The notes: generated by a model from the letters alone, not told the origin. Counted from the first letter of the stretch, positions 51,200 through 63,779 are shown. The stretch: DNA of 63,779 nucleotides from Chara braunii (GCA_003427395.1 BFEA01000006.1:1730958-1794736); one strand, 5' to 3'. A program made the numbers and translations.

Positions 51200-51805
51200 T
51201 GACGAACAAGAAGTGGGATACCCCTGTGCGAGTCATCCTATTATTTGTCTAAGTCTAAACCAGTTGGATTAAACAAGTGGCAGGATACCCTTGTGTGGGT
51301 CATCCTATTGTCTGTCTAAGTCTAAACCAGTTGGACTACACAGGTGGTGGGATACTCATGTGTGGGTCATCCTATTACTTGTTTAAGTCAGACTGTGCAA
51401 TATTCAAACGATAGTAGGTGACTCCAGTGAGGGTCAACCTATTATCAGTTTGAATCTAAACTAATTGACAGAGGAAAAAGGAGGTAGGATACTTATGTGT
51501 GAGTCATCATGTCGCTTGTTTCTTGCTTACTTACGTACAATCTGCTCAAACAGGTAGTATGAGGCTCCCGTGATGGTCATCCTATTACTTGTTTGAGGTT
51601 AGTCTGCATAATACTCAAAAGGTAGTAAGGGGTTCTTGTGAGGGTCATCCTATTGTCTGTTTGAAGTTAGCCTACGCGATATTTGAACGGATAATAGGGT
51701 ACTCCTGTGAGGGTTACCCTATTACTTGTTTGAAGTCATCTGCGCGATATCCAAAGGGTAGTAGGAAACTCCTATGAGGGTTATCCTATTATTTGTTTGA
51801 AGTTA
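51200..51805 (+). repeat. Tandem array of 9 ~67-bp units, each a long hairpin
   Basis: GGGTCATCCTATT-like core near 51231, 51297, 51364, 51431, 51501, 51574, 51642, 51711 and 51778, each preceded by a complementary arm. Confidence 0.88.
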
Positions 51806-52357
51806 GGTTGCGCAGTGTTCAAGAGGTACAACAGAAAAAATGCAGCCTGGAAATTACTAAATTATTATAGGGATTTATGTATATCAGGTGTTTGTTTTAT
51901 TTTTTCATCTGTTTGTATGGGGATTTTTATGTGATCGTAGGACCTCTGATGGAAGTCAACATTGACACATATAGATATGACAGTCTTTTGTTGATTATAT
52001 GTTGAGAATGTGTTGGTAATGTGTTGATCATCTGTTGGGAATCGAATATTCAGTGCAAACCATCTGTATATTTTATGTTTGTAAAGCAAAATAGAACTAT
52101 AAAAAAATATATATTTTTATTCATAACATACCACTCACTTTGTTTCGTAACTCATTCCCAAATCCCTCTACTAAAACCCACCCCTTCCCCTCCTCACCCT
52201 TCTCACCCTCCCCCTAGGTACATAACACTGGTGGTTGTCATTTTTTCCCCCCAAAATATTGCATGTTCGTCATTTTACAATGTTGTACTCTTACAGGCTA
52301 GTGTGGTTATGTGCGTGTGCATGCGTGTGTGTTTGTGTGTGTGTGTGTGTGTGTGTA

Positions 52358-52394
<37 letters not shown>

Positions 52395-52569
52395 TATCAA
52401 AGGTACGTAGTGTTTTTGTGCATAATACATTAATTCGACTCAAAGTACTACGTACCTTGTCTTTCTACATAATATCTTTTCCTTTCTTTTGAAGATTTTG
52501 TGGTTCTTGGATTTCAGTGGATGTTGTTGTCAACTTGTCACTTTTTTTTATCATTTAAGGGATGAGAGG

Positions 52570-52603
<34 letters not shown>

Positions 52604-53422
52604 AGAGAGAGAGAGAGAGAGCAAAGGTATGTAGTATTTTTGCGTATAATACATCAATTATGACTCAAAGTACTACATACCTTGTTTTTCTACATAAAAT
52701 TATTTTCCTTTTTTTTTAAGATTTTGTGGTTGTACGACTTTAGTGGATTTATTATCACGTGGCCTACCCATACTGTTTAGCCATGTGGCTGCGGCTGGGT
52801 CGGCCATCGAACCGGGTAAGTCTTGGCATTGGCCTATCGCCCCCAAGGCTCGACGTCAAACCCCGCGTCCTGCGTCGCGGCCCTATACCCCGCACAACCC
52901 TTTTTTTAGCCCGCTTAAGTCCTGATATTATTTTGGGTAGAATAGGTCTAGTTTTATTCTTTCCATGAGTGCGCATCCCTCCGATCTCGTCGGAGATTGC
53001 GGACGAGTCAAAACTTTCCATAAGCACGTCTCGTTTTCATCAGACCAATTCTCACAAACTTACATCAAGATTCGGACTTCGTCCGACATCGAAAATACAG
53101 GGCAGATACCCTTGTTAGGGTTTCTGTCCCGACAACATTCCCAGGCTACATTGAATGACTTCCACGTCATTGAATTTTATCCAAACACAACATCAGAGGT
53201 GTTTACCAGAAAATCCTGGCAGACAACCTCCCCTTTCCATCAATTATGAGCTCAGACTTTTGACCTGATGCATTAAATTATTGTGGATTTCTTCCCGGAT
53301 GGTTCCAGCATCATCCCACTGGCGGCCATTCAAAATTTTGTCTCTCAGAATGGTACTGGAAGCCCTCCAGCTATATCCAACATAATCCAATCGATTGATA
53401 CTGCTATTTTCAATTGGGGAAT

Positions 53423-53567
53423 TCCCTTGACTGCCGGGAATCTAACCCGGGTCTCTTGAGTTTACGGGGATGCTCTTCACAACACCTCGACGTACACAAC
53501 GCCGCCAGGAATTTAACCTTGGTCTCCCATATACACAAAGATACTCACATTATACTATAGTCAGGGA
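53423..53567 (-). ncRNA. Nested double tRNA-Asp-like structure
   Basis: Two tandem tRNA-Asp-like sequences whose acceptor and anticodon strands pair crosswise (see findings). Confidence 0.7.
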
Positions 53568-54399
53568 GACATCAAAACAAAAAAGGCCTCAAGTATTTCA
53601 TCATCATTCACTGAAAACTTGCGTTTAACCTTATCCTCCAAATGAGTCAGGATTAACCCCTGACAGGTCTTTCAAAATGTATCAATTCTTGGGTTTTAAC
53701 CATTCATGAGAGAAACCATCCATCCACTTCTTCTTGTCATTCATCCAACAGAGTGAGCTCATCTTTCTAATACTCGATAACCTACCATGCAGGACTATTT
53801 TGACTTTGATGTGATTAGCGTCGAGGAGTGGTGTAATCCTTTGAAGGACAATATCCCGACATCAAGCCTCGCTTTAAATTCGGGTCTCACCACCTTCCCT
53901 CCGATTCCGATTTTATGACCCTATCATTCTGCTGCCAATAGAATAGGACAGCCTTGTCCACACAACCCAAGGTTGGTTAGACCTTAGTTATGAGGACAAG
54001 GTGACCCTACCTACTTCAAGGTTAGGAGACCAACCCTATCCTTGCAGTAAATCGTGGTCACCTACTCTACAGACAACGCCCTGATAAAACCACAAAACTT
54101 CCTCCATTTCAACGGTAATGTAGTCACCCCCTTCCTCAAGGAAGGTGACAACATCCTGCTATGGACCAGGAACAAAGTTCCGACACGGGTCTCATTACCG
54201 CCTACGGGGCTCACATCTTTTCAGAATTTTGAACTGTTCAGGAATCACAAATGCCTCTAAATAAGAAAACAAAAAGAAGTTACTACCTAGACTAGGTTTT
54301 CAGCATTTATTTCTCAGATGAAAAATGACCAAAAGTGATATATTTTACATAAATAATAATAAAAACGACTACTGTCCTCAATCTCTTTGAATGAACTTT

Positions 54400-57300
54400 T
54401 GTAAATGAGACCCAGAAACCCAATTTCGACCACGTGCCCCATCCATTTCTTCGATCTCATATGCCCCATGATCTGACTCCTGATAATGCGATATGGTCCC
54501 AAGCACCAACTGTCCAATTTCCTTGACCATTATTTTTCCAGGGATGAATCGTAGAGGAGAATAATATCGCCAATTTCCAATGGCTCCTTACGGACTCGAG
54601 GTCGCCTATCCCATCTCTCTTTATCTGCCTGTCTGCTTTCTGCAGTTGAGGCAGCGGCCTCTTCAATCTTCTCATCTGTGATCATTATTTGTTTTGCTTT
54701 GAGATCAAGTAACTCCTCTGTGGAAAGTTTAGTCTCCAGATCCTGCTTTTGCCAGGTGGTCAGAAAGCTCTCGATTGGGAGCGTCGCATGTCGACCAAAC
54801 CATAGAGTTACAGGAGCGTACCCAGTTATCCGCTTAATGGTAATGTTCTTTACGAACATCGCCGTTCTCAGATAAACATGCCATTTTGATGGATCGTCTG
54901 CACACCATTTTACCAATAAATTTGTTAGAGTAGCGTGGCCTCGTTCAACTGGAGCGTTGGCCTGTGGATGAACTCTAGTGGTGTAACTGTAATTTACACC
55001 GACCTTTCTGAAAAAGACTTGTACATTATCTGCACGAAATTTCCCTCCTCGATCCATCACAAATTCGCGAACAAATGGATATCAAAGATAGAACTCCTCA
55101 ATACATCCGGCCAGGATTTTCCCAGTTCGTTCACGGATTGCGCATCCATCGACAAAGCCAGTCAAGTTATCTCTGGCATCAAAGATATATTTGTATCCAT
55201 TAATTCCACGTGCCATCACCAATAAATCGAGATGCATCACAGCTCCTGACTCTACCACATATCGAGGACTAAGAGGTTCAACATACCGAAGATTTGATCG
55301 CTTTTGACAAAGAATGCAGGAATTACAAAATTCAACAACCATTTTTGCCATTCCTTCCCAGAAACAGAGATGCTGAATCTTTCGTAAGGTAACTCGTGCC
55401 GACTTGTGACCACCGGCAACTCCATCATGTAGTGCGGCAATCACGTCAAGTTGTCTCGTCCTCCCACATACCACTGTCCTAGGGACACCATTATCAGACT
55501 TTTTGAAAGGATGACCATATCTGATAACAAAATATTGACTCTTCAAGCGAACTTCTGGTTTCACCTCATTTTCATCAACTTCCCCATTCAACCATAACCC
55601 AATCTTCTCATAGATTCCATCATATTCATTCTTACGAAAAACTTCTCCAATTTCATTGCTTCCTCCTTCGGCCATCATCTTAAGACGATCCTCCTGAATT
55701 AAGGAATTAACAAGAAATAACAAATTTCCACATATTCTAAAGGCTTTATGAATTTGCTCGTGACCTCCCTCAATTGTCAGAGGTTCGTCTGTAATGTTGA
55801 CTGAGTCAGATAATGCTAAACTCATCATTTGCTCTGCAGTTCTCTCTCCCCAAGGATCTTCTTTAACAAAAACTTCACTCGTTACCAGTTCATAACGCAC
55901 TTGATAAAAATTTGGCGCGTTCCAAATGGATTTTCCAGATCGGGATGAAGCATCTTCCAAATAGCTAATAAAATTAATAGTCAATCGATACTCCCTCTTA
56001 TCCAGAAAATTATCCACAGGGATTGAATCCTCGATCTGGTCCTTAGATGAATCCCATTCGATTCGACTCAATCCATCAGCCCGGTTTTGTGCACCCGAGA
56101 TACACCCAATCTCAAAATCAAATATCCAAATATACGTTAACCATCGAGCAACCATTGGATCCGAACGAGAGTAATTCCTCAGTGATTGAGCCAAAGCTGT
56201 CGGAACACTCTCAAAACAAACCTCCTTCCAAATACGTAATTCATGAATGTACGAAGACAATGAAGGACACCCAACGTTTCCTTTTTGAATTGAGAATAAT
56301 TACGCTCGGCGGTATTCAAAGTTCGACTTTCAAATCTCAACGGTCGTTCTCGCCCTTCCCTGTCTTTTTTAATTAGGACACCACCCAGGGTTGTAGAACC
56401 TGCGTCTGTTTCCACAATGAAGGGTCGATCCGGATCGTTGTCAAAACAAGAAACGTCGAGGATCATCCCACCCTGCCAAAATGCAGCCTTTATATCATTC
56501 ACTGCTGCCTGTTGCCTGGGCCCCCATTCACAATCCTGATTTTTTAGTATCAATTTCCTCAAGTGTTTTACCCTTGCTGGAAACCTTTGGATAAAGATAC
56601 GCCAAAATCCACAAGTCCCAAGAAAACTCCGTACATCCGTGATAGATTTGAAAGGTGTCGGCCATTCCAAAATTTTATTCATTTTTTTTTGCGCCCGGCC
56701 TACGACCTTTCTCATCACATAAAAATCCCAGAATGGTCGCCTCTTGCATGCAGTGTCTGGACTTGACACCACTAGCTGTGAGGTTATATTCTTTTAGCTT
56801 TCGCAGAACCTTTTCCACATCGCGTACATGTTCCCAGAAAAACCTGCGAATACCTGATAACACTTTTGTCTCATCTTTCTCACGAGGTCCTTGAATAGCC
56901 AAATCATCGATATATGGAGAGGTCACTTCAGGACAGAGTGACTGCATGACCCTCATCATGTACCGTTGTACAATTGCGACGACATTTGTCCAACCTTGAG
57001 GTGCTGAACACATATGAATCAATCCCCTAGGCGTATGCATTGCCGTCATTGGTCTATCTGCTGTATACAAGGGGAATTGATCATAACCAGAATACAAATC
57101 AATCAATGTTATGATAGATCTACCTGCACATGATTCCGACAGTAGATCTGCATGTGGAAGCCCACCTACATCTCGAACCGTCACTGCATTCAACCTTTGC
57201 AGGTCCTGGACCCATCTGAGGACGCCGTTCGGTTTAATAAAACAGAACCAAGGAGATGCATATGGCCCATAAGAATAGTCTGCTACTTTCGTTTGAATCT

Positions 57301-58908
57301 TCCCGTCCAGATACTCAATCACTTTCCGGTGATCATCTGGATTCGGATATCGCGGACCTCTTACGTTCTATGGCTCATGCGGTACTGTACGTATCCTGAT
57401 AATTGGAATCATATCGACATCCAACCTTCCTCGCTCGTTATCATCAAAGGCATCCAGATGTGAATCCTTTAAAGTACTTACGAGGAAGTCAGTTTCTGCC
57501 TTGGTAAGAAATTCATCATCTCCAATGATCATTTCCTTGATTCTATCTTCTGTTAATCGACATGGTCCTTCTTCTGCCTTTATCTTCATTGTCTTGATCC
57601 ATTTTCTCTCCTCTTTGTAATAAATCTCTTGGTCCTGGGTGATCAAGACAGGCACGGGCTGCGTTTTTACCCCTACTTTCTTATGCTTGCACTTCGATCC
57701 CGTGACCAACTTCCGTCCTCTAAAAAGGACTCTGCTTGGATGCAGGAGTAACCAGTGTACTTGCCTCTGGAGGTGCGTCCAAACGATATGTTAAGGTCAT
57801 GTTCCCTGCGCCTTCCACATCAGATATCACATCAGCCAAATCCTGGATCAACTGAGGCTTCTGTCGAAAGAAAATCTATTGCCTGCGAGATGTTGGGAAG
57901 GGCAATAGAGAATTCTCTCGGTTCATCATAACCCTCAAATGAATCTTTCTCTCGCCTTAGCTTTTCTGATTCCAAGAAAGAGTAAGATCCCGGATTGAGC
58001 CGATTTCTGGAATTTGCTGGCCCTGTGTTTTCACATTTTCAAACTTCATAATATCCACACACAGGGTCACACAGGGCGACAAACATTGAGCCATCATGCT
58101 TATTGATGATGATGCTCTCAGTTCGGCACAGAAAAGATCTTCCCAATAATACCTCGTGTTCTACTCTGGGTAGAACATAAAAGTAGCTTCGAGCTTTCAC
58201 CTTTCCTACCGCGACTGTGACATCACTTGCCGTGCCACAGAAGGGAGTCGATCCACTCGCGCCTATTAGAAATCCAGTATCAGATCGATAGATCCGGATT
58301 CCTGCCTCGATTGCTTCTTTCTCTCGTATGATATTCATTTCTGCACCATCGTCAACGAGAGGAGGGAACTCACCTTGTCTTACGTGTACCTTCAACAGTC
58401 CAGTGGCAACGCATCGCCAATCCATCTTAGTTCCTGCAGGTGCCCAATTGGCTTCTGGAGAAATAATGTCTCCAATCTTGATAGTCATTATCTTCCTCCT
58501 CGTCAATCGTTGCTTGAGCTTGTCACGGATCTTTGGAGATGCGGCCAAAAATTTCTTTAGCGTGACTAAGTCACGCCGACTCTCCAAAATCCGGTCGACA
58601 ATCTGCTCAATATCAATCCCCTTTTCAATAGGGATTGTATAAACGTTCTTCTTTCGTCGCGGCTCTTCTTCCTCGACAACTTCCTTCTCCTTTTCAGTAT
58701 CGCGCTCAGAAGTACACTGTTTGGCTTGCTGTTCGGCTTGCTGTTCATCCTCGACATGCAACCTTTCGTCTTCCTTCTCAGAGTCGCTTTCTTCTTCGTC
58801 TGGGATGAGGACTTCTTCGACAGGTTCCTTGGAGGCGCCTTCTGCCGCTGTTCTTTTAGTGAATGTTCTCCGGGCCTTTCGTATATGTGGTAATGTTGCC
58901 GGAGCCAT
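54400..58908 (-). pseudogene. Ty3/Gypsy pol (PR-RT-RNase H-integrase), degenerate
   Basis: PR 'LVDDGAEMNII'; RT 'YASPWFCFIKPNG.LRWVQDLQRLN', 'IDLYSGYDQ', 'YIDD'; RH 'IVETDAG...ERNYSQFKKE'; integrase HHCC 'LHDGVAGGH...CNSCILCQ', core 'DRGGKF...HPQANAPVERGH', then 'GPYRI'. Many stops and frameshifts. Confidence 0.95.
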
Positions 58909-60425
58909 TTATTTGAAGACTGACCGTGACATTAATGTGGCAGCCATGGGTCTTGGACCATGCGAAGATTCTGGTGTAGCTGCAGGAGCATTGTCTGACT
59001 TATCCCATCCTCCAAACAAATATACATTTGGAAGGATTGGCCATTCCTCATCCATATCAAGACATAACTGGACAATTTCATCTCGACATTGTCTCATTTT
59101 CTTTGTGACTTTCTTCGTTCTCTGGACAAGTGTCGTGCCCTGTTCTGTCAGTTCCCCCAATTCCATTTCCGGCTCATCAATTTGCAAGGACTGAAATGCC
59201 TCTTCTAATTAAAAGCATTCCTCTTCTTCAGGCGAGGCCATCCTGAAGGTAGCAGGTATGCTGCGACTCATGCGCCGGAAGGCTTCTTTTCTGATACCCC
59301 CTTCGATGTTGGGGTCAATGAAATTCCCCTTAAAATCGAAGACCTCCGCGCGAATAGTGGTGAATACGTAGCCATCAGCCTTGTTTTTAGCAAGGATCTA
59401 ACAAAATCGCATAATATGCCCCTTTTGATGACAGTATTTGCACGTGAAGTCCTTATCCCAATTCCCGCGTCCACCAGAATTCTCTTGGCCTCGTCCTCGA
59501 CCTCCCTCAGCTTGTCGCTGGCTTGGTCTGGGATGGGGTTGTTCTAGTTGCGTCTGGTCATTTCCACCATTCCCTCTATTCTTTCCCTGCTTTTTGAACA
59601 TCCCCTGACCTCCTCGAAGTTGATTTAAGGCTTTTCTTTCAGCCTTCGTCAATTTCCTTGGAGGCTCCTCTTGCTCGCTTTCACTTTCACTACTACTCCC
59701 AAGAGAAACTTATTTTCCTTTTCTTTTACTTCCTTTCGCTTTAACCATCATCAATTTGAACTTCAAACGTTCTTCACGCATATCGGCTATCATTCCCCTT
59801 ATTTCTGATAGGGTTTTGAAGACTTCGCGATCCTTATCCTTACCAACATCCTTCTTTTCGCGGTCCTCCTTACGCTGCTTTAATAACCTGTAAAGCATCT
59901 GGTCAAAGCTTCCTGCCAGGAGATTGATTTTTATCTTTGGCCAATCATATTTCCCCTGCACGTCCTTCATCAACTCTCTCTGCTCAGCCTCTGAAAAATT
60001 GTCTAGGAATATAAGACATTTGTCCTTATCAGGCAAGTCAGATATCAGTCGAGCAACTCGTTCAAACTCTCTCAAGAATTGCTTGGCTGACCCGAATTCC
60101 CGCCGAATGAGGTCAACTAAATCTAGTAATTGATCTTTCAGTTGCTATTTATCCAGTAATTTCTTCTTGAAGTCATCCCAGTCTTTTGACTCGTTTACCA
60201 GGGCTACCAATTCCTCCTTATATCCTACCTTACAATATCGTTTCACCTTCTGTCCTTATCTGTCCATTCTCGACAACTGGCTAACTGCTTAAACTTTTCG
60301 ACCCAACCTGATGCGTTATTGCCATCAAACAGTGGCACATCCACTTTTGGATTTTGATCGCGTTGCATGGCTGATTCTTCAATTGCCTTGGCTAGTTCCT
60401 TGATGTCTTTCCTCCTCTCATCGTC
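58909..60425 (-). pseudogene. Gypsy gag, degenerate
   Basis: 'KVDVPLFDGNNASGWVEKF' and a CX2CX4HX4C knuckle 'CKYCHQKGHIMRFC'. Confidence 0.85.
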
Positions 60426-60619
60426 ATTCCCGTTCAGCATCTTGAGTGACACAAAAAAAAAAACATCACACATTCATATTTCAATTAATTTTTCTTTTTT
60501 CTGTAAATTTTTAGTGACCTTCCATCTGGAAAAAACAAAAACAAGCCTTGGTTGTAATTTTCTTAATATTTTCTTACCCGAGTGTCGTTCAGCTAGAGAC
60601 AAATGGTAGTTTGCTGTTA

Positions 60620-60637
60620 TCCCCGGCAACGGCGCCA
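60620..60637 (-). promoter_or_regulatory. Primer-binding site, tRNA-Asp
   Basis: TGGCGCCGTTGCCGGGGA, 2 nt after ...CTCGACA and upstream of gag. Confidence 0.92.
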
Positions 60638-60639
60638 CC

Positions 60640-63600
60640 TGTCGAGCGCATCGGCCCTCGTGTAAACGAGGGCCCTCCCGACCATGTCACGCAGGAGAAA
60701 AATCAGAAAACATAAAGAGAGACAACTCGGAAGCGACACATAAGTAATCCCGCGAGCCGCCGAGACGGGTGCGCGGTCGCGTCGATCCTTCGCTGCTCTA
60801 GCCGCGTGCGCCAGCTGTACTTCCCGCGGTCCCCTACGACAGGATAGGTTTCCGAAGGGCATGAGTTTGTCTTCCCGAAGGGGCTGTCACCACCCTTAGG
60901 GGCGTATCCCTACCGAGCTACCGATCCACATGCGAAAGCTTTTAAATGCTATCACAGAGGTGGATCAGCCGAGGGCGTTTGCTCGTACGCTGTAGTATAG
61001 GTATACGTGATTAAACGTCTGTTGGACACGGACGTCGTCCGTCACTTAGGGCGCTGATCTCCTAAGGATGGAGCGTACGCCGGTCGACTAGAACAGTTTT
61101 TAATCAAGTATAAAGACAAACAACAATTTCACTCTAGTCCCTTGCTTTTAGTTTCTACATACAAACACAGATATATCTATAATTTATTCAGACGAAAATC
61201 ACTAAACAATACACATAAAGTTATTCTTTCAATCATCCAACTTGACAATTATAACACAACTTTTTTATAGGTTTTGGTATGATGAAAAGAGGTCATGCTT
61301 ATGGTTTTTCTTCCCGTTGTTAATATAGCAAGCTTATTTTATAAATTGACGTTTAAATTTTTTTGCCTTTCAAGATCATATTTCAGACGCCTTTCGGCTT
61401 ACTTTTATTAACTTTTTCCTTACCTCTGTATTTACACCTCAATGCCAAAGCATGATAGTGAAATCATCGGGGTAGTCCGAATACTATCCATCCGGCGGTC
61501 CTAACTACACAAAGTGTGTTGTTTTGTTTTTAGATTACCTCGTGAAACCATAAGTTATATGGTTTCCTTAACGGGACTGAGTCCATGCGAAGTATTTTTT
61601 GAAATCTGAGTAAGATTTCAGAAGACAACGTCTAACCCTGGTAAACTTGTCGCCCGCCACGCACCTAGGCCTCCAACAAATCTAAACGTGTCAGCTCGTC
61701 GTCGTCGAAAATCAGGGTAGACACTCGTCCACATCGCATTACAGAAGGAGGTCATCCGAGAGGCTAACCTCCAAACTATAACTCGGAGAGGTCGACTAAG
61801 TCCAAATAGGTGTCGAGTCTCTGTGGCCCGGATCCGGACGATGCCAAGACACCTGCCGGACGAGGTAATCGTAATACTCACAATGACTCGAGAAAGACAT
61901 TGGAGGTTACTCGCGCGGTCGAAATACAAAGTATGTTCGTAAAGCTCGTCGGGAGTCCGAGCCGTGTTGGCTCGGAAATCCGCGCGAGTATTAGGGAAAA
62001 ATCCCTCGCCATTTTGAAGCAGTCCAATGAAGCCGAACCAGTCGATAGGAGATCCATCTCAAACTCGTAAAAGTCGCGCCACACTCCTGATGAGATCCTC
62101 TTCGTGTATATCACGAACCAGCAGATACCTCGGGATTGTCAGGTCTCGTTGTGCTCGAGGCATCTGCATATCAGAACGAATCGAAATTAGTCGCGTAAGA
62201 ACTCCTCGAGTTCTTCAGCTTCATCTTCCAAATTATCATCATATAATGCTTCGACTCCTACAATAGCGAACCTATTGGCAAGTACCCGCTCTGCGTAGTA
62301 TATGCCAAAGAATGAACCTTGTTGAACGTCAACCTTATTTCAGGTATCTCGTCCACCCGTGGATTGAGTTCGTATGGCTGCAATATCACCAAGTTCATAT
62401 TAACGAAGTGACGTTCGGGCAAAGGCGGCGCGAACTCGTAGTGAATAACATCCAAGCCGACCGGTCTCCTGAAAATAAGCCGTCTGGGGGGTCTCTGCGC
62501 ACTGCTATCCCAAAACCGTGGAACGTCCTCCTCTGAGTACAGCTCTGATGGGTTATAAACAAGTCGACCTATCCTTTCTACTCTTTCTCCATTACGCCTT
62601 TGAATTTCAACCCTTTCGGCCGCCGAATTGCGGTCGTAGAAAAAAAACAAGTCCATGGATCAAGAAAAAAGATGACGAATGTGATCAAGTTAAAACTAAG
62701 TATCACTTAAAACATTTGTTTTCCTTCTGGCCCGTGCTTCTTATGGCACGACCAGCCACGTCGAGAGCGTCTAAATACGCCCCGTTTGGCTAGTAGGATA
62801 CGAACTGAGCTGCTTGTGGCACCAGTTCCCCATATGTCAGTGACTCATAAAATGACCACCAAAGGAATGCTATGGCAGTTCCTCCTTACGTAAGGCACCA
62901 AGAACCTTAATTCCATCCGTGCAGACACTTTTGTCCATCCCCCTAGGAGGTGGTCTGGGATACTCCTCCTCCTCGCCCGAGCACAAGACTCGGATTTCAG
63001 AAGTCGGGCCGTCTCCACCGAATCGGCATGGTACCCCCCCGCAAAACGGTCCACTCTTAGTCGATAACAGGGCCGGCCCCTAAGGCAACGAACCCCCGCC
63101 CCAAATGCCTCCTAGAAGAAAGGAAAAGTACCTACCCGGCGGACGAGCAAAATCTTGCCGCCTAACGTCAAGAGTAACTTAGAAGACAGAAAGGAAGAAT
63201 ACTGAAGAGAAAGTCATTCAGACAGACGGGCATAGACAAAAGAAGGTCATTCGAGCAAGAATAGGTGACCTCGGAAGAAAATCTATGTCCATCCGTGTTT
63301 CTCTTCTTTGTGGTCGCTTATCTTTTTGTCGTCTTCTTTTCACTTTAGTTTACACACATCCATAAGCATAGAGATGAGAAGACAACCATCCTTTCACCAT
63401 CATCACCATCATCCATTTCAGCCCACACGCCGTACCTGCAGTCAAAACCCAACGACACACAGATCACCATGCAATCATTTTCCATTGTCAGACTCCCTGT
63501 CATACACGCAAATGCACACATTCTCTTCCCTTTTTCAATGAACATTCAGTAAAAACAGGTCAAAGCAAGTTTGAGTTCACTCAGGTGTGAAGGGAACTGA

Positions 63601-63779
63601 GTTAATTTAACTGACCTTGAGTGAAGTTTTAACGGTACACCCAAGAAGACCGTATAAATTTTACGCTTTCCTGACGAGAAGGTTGTCGTACCCAGTCGTC
63701 ACCAAAGTGATCTACACCACTCCCTTGTGACGACGCCTCCTAGAGCACCCTCTCAGCACTCAATCACTTTCCACTAATC
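60640..63779 (-). mobile_element. 5' LTR of the Gypsy element (start not located; may run beyond the window)
   Basis: Ends CGACA next to the PBS. No matching 3' LTR found in the window. Confidence 0.5.
61540..62656 (-). pseudogene. Frameshifted hypothetical ORF upstream of the PBS
   Basis: ATG-initiated 132-aa ORF (62258-62656) followed by protein-like fragments on the same strand. Confidence 0.4.

Noticed and set aside
51200-51805. CRISPR array
   Set aside because: Linkers are short and related to each other, repeats are degenerate, there are no cas genes, and the context is eukaryotic.
39790-52745. A 13-kb element with long TIRs
   Set aside because: The arms are clearly diverged, their modules recur elsewhere in the window, no TSD was found, and the interior is unrelated LTR-element sequence. 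Two independent insertions are simpler.
53423-53567. Two ordinary tRNA-Asp genes
   Set aside because: No anticodon loops, no self-contained acceptor stems, and the B-box C is mutated in both halves.

Overview
Repeat-dense eukaryotic scaffold with no intact host gene. The plant-type tRNA-Asp primer-binding sites, a plastid DNA insertion and the Gypsy protein types point to a green-plant genome. A charophyte such as Chara is my guess from recalled similarity, not a database result. Contents: (i) a degenerate Ty3/Gypsy element on the minus strand (gag-PR-RT-RH-INT, ~54.3-60.5 kb) with a tRNA-Asp PBS. Its 3' region holds a 145-nt 'double tRNA': a tRNA-Asp-like cloverleaf whose anticodon loop is replaced by a second, circularly permuted tRNA-Asp-like cloverleaf. 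(ii) Two diverged, inverted copies (13.7-20.5 kb and 43.3-50.4 kb) of a ~7 kb putative LTR carrying three protein ORFs conserved between the copies. (iii) Five copies of a type III hammerhead ribozyme element, four in or next to (TA)n; one starts within 1 nt of the self-cleavage site. (iv) An array of 9 long hairpins rich in G-U pairs. (v) Plavaka-like transposase and Ulp1-like protease pseudogenes. (vi) MITE/foldback elements. (vii) A plastid trnK 3'-exon fragment with a promoter (NUPT). (viii) Assembly artefacts: a Nextera mate-pair junction adapter and three N gaps. All alignments and folds were done by eye, and boundaries of degenerate elements are approximate.
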